Part shown: in pieces, positions 33,155-39,561 of the stretch
Layout: each line of letters opens with the position of its first letter
How positions within the stretch are numbered: position 1 is the stretch's first letter
From: a bacterium
GTDB lineage: Bacteria; Desulfobacterota; S145-22
Direction of reading: 5' to 3'
Assembly: GCA_029934085.1 (NCBI GenBank)
Contig: JAOZMY010000008.1
Coordinates: forward strand, 2,468 to 42,028
DNA: 39,561 bases
Translations under genes and position numbers: made by a program
The notes under the pieces: model-generated
Database searches by the model: none
Seen by the model: only the letters and a program-made list of their open reading frames with translations
Told to the model about the DNA's origin: nothing

Positions 33155-33182
33155 GGGCGAGGGTTCCTCGCCCTTTTCTTTT
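33155..33182 (+). terminator. Rho-independent terminator closing the por-nuoEFG' operon
   Basis: GGGCGAGG-GUU-CCUCGCCC (8-bp GC-rich stem) followed by TTTTCTTTT, 31 nt after the stop at 33124. Confidence 0.75.
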
Positions 33183-33329
33183 AGGAAACTCTTCCGGCCA
33201 AAAAATGGATAAATTACGCATAAAACCTATCCCGCCCAACAATTCACATAAATGCTTGACATTCCCTCCTTCATGGATGAAATTTACCCCTAAAATATAT
33301 TCAACCCATAGCAACAAGGAGGTGCAACG

Positions 33330-33812
33330 ATGAAAGCATTGGTTGTCTATTCGAGTCAGTCCGGCAACACGAAAAAGCTGGCGGAGGCCGTTTACGAGGT
33401 GCTTCCGGACGAAAAGGAAATCCATCCTGTCGACGAAGCCCCGGAGCCCTCGGGATACGACCTCGTCGCCGTGGGGTTCTGGTTCAAATCGGGCGATCCA
33501 GACCCCAAGTCCGCAGAATATCTGAAGAAGATCAGCGGAACGAAGCTCTTCCTCTTCGCAACACACGGAGCGGCCCCCGATTCGGACCACGCTCGGAAGG
33601 GTATGGAGGCGGCAAAGGCCCTTGCGAAGGGGGCTGAAATCGTAGGAACCTTCAATTGTCAAGGGGTTGTCAATCCGGGGCTTCTGGAAAAGGTCAAGGC
33701 CCGCCCCAATCCCCCGGAGTGGATCGGGGACGCGGACAGCGCCGTCGGCCACCCGGATGAGAACGACCTCAACGCCTTGAAAGAAAAGGTAAGAGAGATC
33801 CTTTCAGCCTAA
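33330..33812 (+). CDS. Flavodoxin-family protein
   Basis: 160 aa. MKALVVYSSQSGNTKKLAEAV is the flavodoxin FMN phosphate loop. AAGGAGG Shine-Dalgarno. Confidence 0.8.
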   Translation: MKALVVYSSQSGNTKKLAEAVYEVLPDEKEIHPVDEAPEPSGYDLVAVGFWFKSGDPDPKSAEYLKKISGTKLFLFATHGAAPDSDHARKGMEAAKALAKGAEIVGTFNCQGVVNPGLLEKVKARPNPPEWIGDADSAVGHPDENDLNALKEKVREILSA

Positions 33813-33838
33813 CTAAGCGGTGTCAAGAAAGGAAGCTT

Positions 33839-35713
33839 ATGAAAGCGAACGTCCAGGTAGTGAAAAAGGGGTATCGGAAGGTCCTTCACAAGACCGAGCT
33901 TGATTACACCCTTCCCCTCCTCTCCATTCCGGAAGTCAGCAAGAAACGGATTTTCAACCGTCTCTCCCTCCTCTACGGGGAAGGAGAGGCCAGAAAAATC
34001 ATGCCGGAGTTGGAGAGAATCCTGAAGGTTTACTATGCCTTTAAGCCCCCGGAGATGATCGAGAACGAGAAGGTGTTCAATCCGGGGGAACGCTTTACCG
34101 AAAAGGATATCATCCTCATCACCTACGGGGATCTCCTTAGGGGGAAGGAGCGCTCGCCCCTGGCAACCCTGGCAAAATTCTGTGACACGTATCTGGGGGG
34201 TGCCATCAACACCCTCCATATTCTTCCCTTTTTCCCATACTCATCAGATCGGGGGTTCGCGGTCATCGATTTTGAGACCGTGGACCCCCATCTGGGAAGC
34301 TGGCAGGACATTGAAGAGTTAGGAAAGCACTACCAACTCATGTTCGACGGAGTTATCAACCACGTCTCTTCCAAAAGCCGCTGGTTCCAGGAATTCCTGA
34401 ACGGGAATCCAGATTACAAGGATTTCTTCATCACTTTCAATTCCCCGGAGGAGTTGACTCCCGAACAGCGGAAAATCATCTTCAGACCACGTACCAACGA
34501 TATCCTAACAGAATATACGGGAATCAATGGCCCGGTCTATGTCTGGACCACATTCTCTCCGGACCAGATCGACCTGAACTACAAGAATTTTCGGGTTCTC
34601 CTCCGTGTCATCAAGATCCTTCTGCTGTATGTCCAGCGTGGGGCCAACATCATCCGCCTGGATGCCGTCACTTATCTCTGGAGGGAGCCAGGAACCCGAT
34701 GTATCCACCTACGGCAGACCCACGAGATCGTTAAGCTCTTCCGGGATGTCCTCGATATCGTGGCCCCCTACGTGGCCCTGATCACAGAGACCAATGTCCC
34801 GCACGAAGAAAACATCTCCTACTTCGGAAACGGCTCCGACGAAGCCCAGATGGTCTATAACTTTGCTCTTCCGCCACTCGTCCTTTATACTTTCTACAAA
34901 GAGGATGTAACGGTCCTTAACGAATGGGCAAAGACGCTGGAACCGCCTTCAAAGTCCACGACCTTTTTCAATTTCCTCGATTCCCACGACGGGATCGGTC
35001 TCATGGCCGTGAAAAACATCCTACCGGAGGACGAGATCGACCTGATCGTCGAGATCGCCACGGAACGCGGCGGTCTCGTCTCGTATAAGACGGGCAAGGA
35101 CGGACAGGAGGAACCCTATGAGATCAATATCACCTGGTTCAGCGCCCTTAACCAGGTGGAAAGCGACGAGGATCCCGTCCTACAAGTGAAGCGATTCGTG
35201 GCTTCCCGCTTGATCGCGCTGGTCCTCAAGGGAGTTCCCGGCATCTACCTCCATAGTCTCATTGGAACCCAAAACGATATCCTCGCCGTCCGTGCCACTC
35301 GGTCAAACCGCGAGATCAACCGAACCGTGCTTGACCACGAGGCCATCGAAGCGGCCATGAAGGATCCCTCTTCCAGGATCTCCCTCATCAACAGGGAATT
35401 AGGGCGATTCATCTCGCTTCGATCGAATCAGCGTCCCTTCCATCCCAACGGGGCACAGCACATCTTAAACCTTTCACCGGAGGTTTTCTCCGTACTTCGA
35501 ACTTCACCGGAAAAGGACCGACACCTCCTTAGCCTCATCAACATCACGGCACATCCGGTTAGTCTAAGCATCCCCCTCTCCGAGATTCAAACCGGTGCCA
35601 CGCGATGGTATGACATCGTAAGGGAAAAAGAACTGAAGACACAAGGTGACATTCTTTCCATCGACATCCTTCCCTACGAGGCATTTTGGCTCATCCCCTC
35701 AGATGAAATTTAA
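33839..35713 (+). CDS. GH13 subfamily-18-like sugar phosphorylase (sucrose phosphorylase family)
   Basis: 624 aa with HILPFFPYSSDRGFAVIDF, GVINHVS, nucleophile block IIRLDAVTYLW, acid/base block ITETNVPHEEN and FLDSHDGIG. Confidence 0.85.
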   Translation: MKANVQVVKKGYRKVLHKTELDYTLPLLSIPEVSKKRIFNRLSLLYGEGEARKIMPELERILKVYYAFKPPEMIENEKVFNPGERFTEKDIILITYGDLLRGKERSPLATLAKFCDTYLGGAINTLHILPFFPYSSDRGFAVIDFETVDPHLGSWQDIEELGKHYQLMFDGVINHVSSKSRWFQEFLNGNPDYKDFFITFNSPEELTPEQRKIIFRPRTNDILTEYTGINGPVYVWTTFSPDQIDLNYKNFRVLLRVIKILLLYVQRGANIIRLDAVTYLWREPGTRCIHLRQTHEIVKLFRDVLDIVAPYVALITETNVPHEENISYFGNGSDEAQMVYNFALPPLVLYTFYKEDVTVLNEWAKTLEPPSKSTTFFNFLDSHDGIGLMAVKNILPEDEIDLIVEIATERGGLVSYKTGKDGQEEPYEINITWFSALNQVESDEDPVLQVKRFVASRLIALVLKGVPGIYLHSLIGTQNDILAVRATRSNREINRTVLDHEAIEAAMKDPSSRISLINRELGRFISLRSNQRPFHPNGAQHILNLSPEVFSVLRTSPEKDRHLLSLINITAHPVSLSIPLSEIQTGATRWYDIVREKELKTQGDILSIDILPYEAFWLIPSDEI

Positions 35714-35928
35714 GTAGACAGTTTAGACAGTCCGTAATTCACGGGCTCACCACTCAGGACGAATAAGAGACAAAGGCAATATCAATGTCTCTTAAAAAAC
35801 TCTTGAAACGTTATCCCTTTGAAATCAAAACGGATATACGTATCTTGACTCATCTTCGACGGTATGCTAATCCGTTCTGAAAGATTACCGTTACTATAAA
35901 TGTTAAACCACCTCATGAGGAGACAGAA

Positions 35929-37215
35929 ATGGGTGCAAAAAAGCAAGATCCCGACTTCTACAACCGAACCCTCGAAACCATGCCAAAAGAGAAACGTATC
36001 GAGACCCTGACCAAGAAGCTCAAAGAGATCGTAGCCTACGCTTACAAGCATTCCATCGCCTTTCAGAAGAAGATGAAGGAAGCCGGGTGCGTCCCAGAGG
36101 ACATCAAGTCCATAGACGATCTGGAAAAACTCCCCATCACCCGACGGGAAGACCTGATTGAGGCACAGAAGAAACTTCCACCATTCGGGGGATTCGAAGC
36201 GGTCAACACCAAAAAGATGCGCCGCATCTATGTCTCCCCGGGTCCCATCTATGAGCCTGGCCCTTGGGAGTATTCCGAAATCGGCTGGACCCAGGCCCTC
36301 TACGCCGCGGGATTCCGCAAGGGAGACATCGTTCAAAACACCTTCAACTACCACATGTGGCCGTTTTCTTTCATCCTGGATGACTCTTTGAAGATGATCG
36401 GATGCTCCGTCGTCCCCGCTGGCCCCGGCAACTCCCTTGTGCAGCTCACCATCATGCGAAAACTCAAAGTCACCGGAGTGGTGGGAACCCCCAGCTTTCT
36501 CATGACTCTTGCTCAGAGGGCGGAAAGCGAGGGACTCCGCCCCCAGAAAGATCTGTCTCTCAAGGCAGGTTTCGTCTCAGCGGAAATGCTTCCCGAGACC
36601 ATGAGGAATCTCCTGGAAACAAAATTGGGCATCCGTGTCTCTCAGGCTTATGGCACAGTTACCACCGGATGTCTCGCCTATGAATGCCCCAAGAGAGGAG
36701 GTATGCATCTCTGTGATGACGTAATCGTCGAGATTGTCGATCCCGACACGGGGAAGAAGATGCCGGATGGTTCGACCGGAGAGATCGTCGCCACCAATTT
36801 CAACAGGACCTATCCAATAATCCGCTACGCCACGGGAGACCTCTCCTACTTCATTGGCAATGCCTGCCCTTGCGGGAGAACGGCCCCGAAACTTGGAAGA
36901 ATCCTCGGGAGGACTGACCAGGTCACCAAGGTCAAGGGAACTTTCATCCATCCCTGGCAAACAGACGACATTATCGCCAAGTTTCCTGAAATCGAAAAAT
37001 ATCAGGTGGTCATCACCCGTCAGGGCCATATGGACCAGATGACCTTCAAGATCGAGCTCCGTGACGAATCAGTCAACAAGGACATCCTCCGGGCGAAACT
37101 GCAACGAGCCATCAAGGAGATTCTGAACGTTCGAGGCGAGGTCGATTTTGTCGTTAGGGGCGCCATCTACGAACGCCACAAGAAAATAGACGATCAAAGG
37201 ACTTGGGATGATTAG
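35929..37215 (+). CDS. PaaK-like (phenylacetate-CoA ligase family) adenylate-forming-enzyme homolog with degenerate P-loop
   Basis: 428 aa, collinear with PaaK as I recall it (LPITRREDL, IRYATGDL, GRTDQVTKVKG). Where PaaK has SSGTTGKPT this ORF reads SPGPIYEPG. Confidence 0.8.
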   Translation: MGAKKQDPDFYNRTLETMPKEKRIETLTKKLKEIVAYAYKHSIAFQKKMKEAGCVPEDIKSIDDLEKLPITRREDLIEAQKKLPPFGGFEAVNTKKMRRIYVSPGPIYEPGPWEYSEIGWTQALYAAGFRKGDIVQNTFNYHMWPFSFILDDSLKMIGCSVVPAGPGNSLVQLTIMRKLKVTGVVGTPSFLMTLAQRAESEGLRPQKDLSLKAGFVSAEMLPETMRNLLETKLGIRVSQAYGTVTTGCLAYECPKRGGMHLCDDVIVEIVDPDTGKKMPDGSTGEIVATNFNRTYPIIRYATGDLSYFIGNACPCGRTAPKLGRILGRTDQVTKVKGTFIHPWQTDDIIAKFPEIEKYQVVITRQGHMDQMTFKIELRDESVNKDILRAKLQRAIKEILNVRGEVDFVVRGAIYERHKKIDDQRTWDD

Positions 37216-37238
37216 CGCTTGGATTAGGGGATAAAAGG

Positions 37239-37745
37239 ATGGAAGAAAAGATAAAAGTTGGCGGCATCATGCAAAGCGACGGGAGAGCGATCGTGAAGCT
37301 CCTCTCCGTCCCCGATAGGATTGACACGCCGGGCCTCATCCTTGGAGCCCTGGGGAATAACAACGTCAACATCGAGTTCCTCGTGGAAAGCACCGATCTC
37401 GACGGTTTCGCTAACTTCACCTTCTGCATCGACGAAGGTGACCTGGAACGGGCTGTTGCCGCCTTGGAGATGGTCAAGTCCGAGGTGGATGCCAAGGTGG
37501 TCACCTACATCCCGGACGTCTCCGTCGTCAGCGTCTTCGGCCCCCACTTCAGGGAAAGGCCCCGTATTTCAGGCGTAATGTTTTCGGCACTTGCCTCGGT
37601 AGGCGTCAACACCCTGGCAATCAGCACCTCCATCTCCAGCGTCTCCTGCGTCGTGGAATCAAGAAACGTCGATACCGCCATCGACGCCCTGTACGATGCC
37701 TTTGACGCCCCCCACCGGGTCCGGCAGAGGGCAAAAACCTATTAG
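37239..37745 (+). CDS. Tandem ACT-domain protein (aspartate-kinase C-terminal-like)
   Basis: 168 aa with two ACT-like repeats (AIVKLLSVPDRIDTPGLILGALG... and SVVSVFGPHFRERPRISGVMFSALA...). Lies 23 nt after the ligase gene. Confidence 0.72.
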   Translation: MEEKIKVGGIMQSDGRAIVKLLSVPDRIDTPGLILGALGNNNVNIEFLVESTDLDGFANFTFCIDEGDLERAVAALEMVKSEVDAKVVTYIPDVSVVSVFGPHFRERPRISGVMFSALASVGVNTLAISTSISSVSCVVESRNVDTAIDALYDAFDAPHRVRQRAKTY

Positions 37746-37775
37746 CAACTCGCTCTCCCCAATTCGTTTATACTA

Positions 37776-37784
37776 TGGTATAAT
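37776..37784 (+). promoter_or_regulatory. Candidate extended -10 promoter for ftsB
   Basis: TGGTATAAT (TG-n-TATAAT) at 37776-37784, 32 nt upstream of ATG 37817. No convincing -35 element. Confidence 0.35.
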
Positions 37785-37816
37785 AAATTAAAATATGAGC
37801 AATCGGACAAGGAAAA

Positions 37817-38107
37817 ATGAAGCCATCCAGCTTTAAAATCATCACTGCTGTTCTGATTCTTGTGATCGGCCTGGTGGGATGGGTTACGCTCTTCGGTGAC
37901 AAGGGATGGCTGGCATACCGGCATCTTGTGCAAACGAAGGTTGAAATGCAGGAAAAAATCACAGCGTTAGAAACGGAAAATCACCAAATGGCCCACGAGA
38001 TCTATCGCTTGAAGCACGACAAAGATTATCTCGAACGTGTTGTTCGTCAGCAGTTGGACATGGGCAAACCTAATGAGCTGGTTTTCAAATTCAAATCCCA
38101 TCGTTAA
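37817..38107 (+). CDS. ftsB: Cell division protein FtsB/DivIC family (septum formation initiator)
   Basis: 96 aa with an N-terminal TM helix (IITAVLILVIGLVGWVTLF), a coiled coil (QEKITALETENHQMAHEIYRLK) and the DKDYLERVVRQQLDMGKPNELVFKF tail typical of FtsB. Confidence 0.8.
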   Translation: MKPSSFKIITAVLILVIGLVGWVTLFGDKGWLAYRHLVQTKVEMQEKITALETENHQMAHEIYRLKHDKDYLERVVRQQLDMGKPNELVFKFKSHR

Positions 38108-38125
38108 TTCCGGAGGTCAACGTCT

Positions 38126-39001
38126 ATGCCGTATGTTGGGGCGATTTACCGACCCCCCAGTGAAGCCCGAAGCTTTATTCTTCAGGTTACTGTGGGGTGT
38201 TCTCACAATAAATGCACCTTCTGTTCCGTTTACAAGGATAAAAAATTCCAGATAAAATCCCTCGAGGAGATCGAGGAAGACCTGAAAGAAGCCGAACCTT
38301 TCGCTCAGCACATCCGCAGGGTCTTTCTCGCCGACGGAGACGCCCTGATTATCCCCCAGAGAAAACTCATCCCTATAATGGAAATGGTGAACAAGACTTT
38401 TCCCAATCTCGAGCGGATCGGGATATACGGCAACGCCAAATCGATTTTAAAGAAATCCGTCGATGACCTTAAGGCCTTGAAAGACCTGAAGCTGGGAATC
38501 GTCTATATCGGCCTCGAATCGGGAAACGACGAGATCCTCAGGAAAGTTAAGAAAGGCGACACCACGGCCAACATGATCGATGCGGCTGCCCGAATCCACG
38601 CCGCGGGAATCACACTTTCCGTCACCGTCATCCTGGGTTTGGGCGGAAAAGAGATGTCACGGATTCACGCCATCGACACGGGAAAGGTCTTGAGTCAGAT
38701 GGATCCGGAATTTGCCGCGGCCCTTTCGCTCATGCTAGTTCCTCCCGCACCGCTTTGCAAGGAGTATGAGGAGGGACGCTTTCATCTACCCGGTCCCTTC
38801 GAGATGCTCGAGGAGTTGGCCCTCATCATCGCGCACATGGACGTTACCCACTGCTTCTTCTCCTCCAACCATGCCTCTAACTACCTCCCCGTCCAGGTCT
38901 GGTTGCCGGAAGGAAAGGAAGAGATTCTCGCCCTCATCCGCGAGGTCATTCAGAGACACGATCGGAACATCCTCAGACCCGAGGCCTACAGGGGTTTGTA
39001 A
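38126..39001 (+). CDS. Radical SAM superfamily protein (non-canonical Cx4Cx2C cluster motif)
   Basis: 291 aa. Contains YRPPSEARSFILQVTVGCSHNKCTFCSVY followed by a GGE-like LADGDAL block and TIM-barrel-like alternating pattern. Subfamily not recognised. Confidence 0.78.
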   Translation: MPYVGAIYRPPSEARSFILQVTVGCSHNKCTFCSVYKDKKFQIKSLEEIEEDLKEAEPFAQHIRRVFLADGDALIIPQRKLIPIMEMVNKTFPNLERIGIYGNAKSILKKSVDDLKALKDLKLGIVYIGLESGNDEILRKVKKGDTTANMIDAAARIHAAGITLSVTVILGLGGKEMSRIHAIDTGKVLSQMDPEFAAALSLMLVPPAPLCKEYEEGRFHLPGPFEMLEELALIIAHMDVTHCFFSSNHASNYLPVQVWLPEGKEEILALIREVIQRHDRNILRPEAYRGL

Positions 39002-39426
39002 TGTCTGCCTCTCCTGTCACGCTACGAGTTCGGGTGAGATACGCAGAAACTGACCAGATGGGAGTCGTCTACTATGCCAACTACCTTATCTGGTTTGAAA
39101 TGGGCCGGGCTGAATACTGCCGGCAGATGGGTTTTAGCTATGCCAACTTGGAATCAAACGGTTTTCGTCTCATGGTAGCCGACGCCCATTGTCGCTATAA
39201 GGCCCCCGCACGCTACGATGAAGTTGTTCGGATTGAAACATCCATCCAGGAACTGAAGAAAAAAACACTGGTTTTCGGATACAAAATCTTCAACGATACA
39301 ACCAATCAACTCCTGGCTCAGGGCTATACAAAACACGTCTGCACGGACCTTCAGGGGAAACTCGTTCGCCTTCCCGAATCCTTTATGGCCTGCCTGCTTC
39401 CGTCCTCGCCGGGAGCCCACGCCTGA
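39001..39426 (+). CDS. ybgC: YbgC/4HBT-family acyl-CoA thioesterase
   Basis: 141 aa. VRVRYAETDQMGVVYYANYLIWFEMGRAEY is the hotdog-fold 4HBT signature with catalytic Asp. TAATG overlap with the radical SAM gene. Confidence 0.85.
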   Translation: MSASPVTLRVRVRYAETDQMGVVYYANYLIWFEMGRAEYCRQMGFSYANLESNGFRLMVADAHCRYKAPARYDEVVRIETSIQELKKKTLVFGYKIFNDTTNQLLAQGYTKHVCTDLQGKLVRLPESFMACLLPSSPGAHA

Positions 39427-39502
39427 AAGGATCTCGAATGATTGACCTTGACAAGCCCTCTCGAGATGTGTACCCAATAGGCAAATTCCCGGTGGAGAAC
39501 CT

Positions 39503-39561
39503 ATGACGCCTGGCACAATAAAACGCTACGAAAAAATTATCTCTCAATTTTCCGGGGCCCA
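39503..39561 (+). CDS. Possible 5' end of an unidentified ORF running off the window
   Basis: ATG at 39503 preceded by GGTGGAG. Open to the window end (MTPGTIKRYEKIISQFSGA...). Too short to assign. Confidence 0.2.
   Translation, partial: MTPGTIKRYEKIISQFSGA

Noticed and set aside
35715-35731. Tandem direct repeat TAGACAGT-T-TAGACAGT just after the sugar phosphorylase stop
   Set aside because: It has only two 8-nt copies and no partner palindrome or nearby promoter. It is too short to distinguish from chance without comparative data.
35782-36354. 190-aa minus-strand ORF overlapping the start of the PaaK-like gene
   Set aside because: No motifs are recognisable, and it overlaps a plus-strand ORF that shows collinear PaaK-family similarity.

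Overview
This 39.6 kb window looks like chromosomal DNA from an anaerobic bacterium: it has bacterial-type recoding of a stop codon to selenocysteine (Sec), plus tatAC, ftsB and ybgC. I recognised no rRNA, tRNA, CRISPR array or mobile element. The left flank (minus strand) carries ispG, a metallophosphoesterase, a membrane coiled-coil protein, an L,D-transpeptidase and an orphan CooT-like gene. The core is a ~20 kb co-directional, tightly packed plus-strand gene train (4696-24824). It encodes a tandem-fused double malic enzyme, two malate dehydrogenase (MDH) paralogs and a two-subunit class I fumarase. These are followed by HdrC/HdrB, three HdrA-type flavoproteins (447 aa, 656 aa and a 1000-aa double module) and an MvhD whose in-frame TGA (18592-18594) is followed by a SECIS-like hairpin. 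Next come a FlxB/C-like Fe-S protein, a second HdrC/HdrB pair, an anchor-less SdhB/SdhA-like pair and a DapA/HOGA-family aldolase. Downstream lie an Asp/Glu-racemase-fold gene (minus strand) and tatA-tatC. Next is a seven-gene operon in which a four-subunit 2-oxoacid:ferredoxin oxidoreductase (porGDAB) is translationally coupled to NuoE-, NuoF- and truncated NuoG-like genes and closed by a clear intrinsic terminator. The rest of the window holds a flavodoxin, a GH13_18 sugar phosphorylase, a PaaK-like ligase plus ACT protein, ftsB, a radical SAM gene and ybgC. Main hypothesis: the Hdr/MvhD module embedded in the malate-fumarate-succinate operon forms a soluble, flavin-based electron-bifurcating fumarate reductase (or succinate dehydrogenase). 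All family calls rest on motifs read by eye. No searches, alignments or folding computations were run, and the promoter calls are weak.
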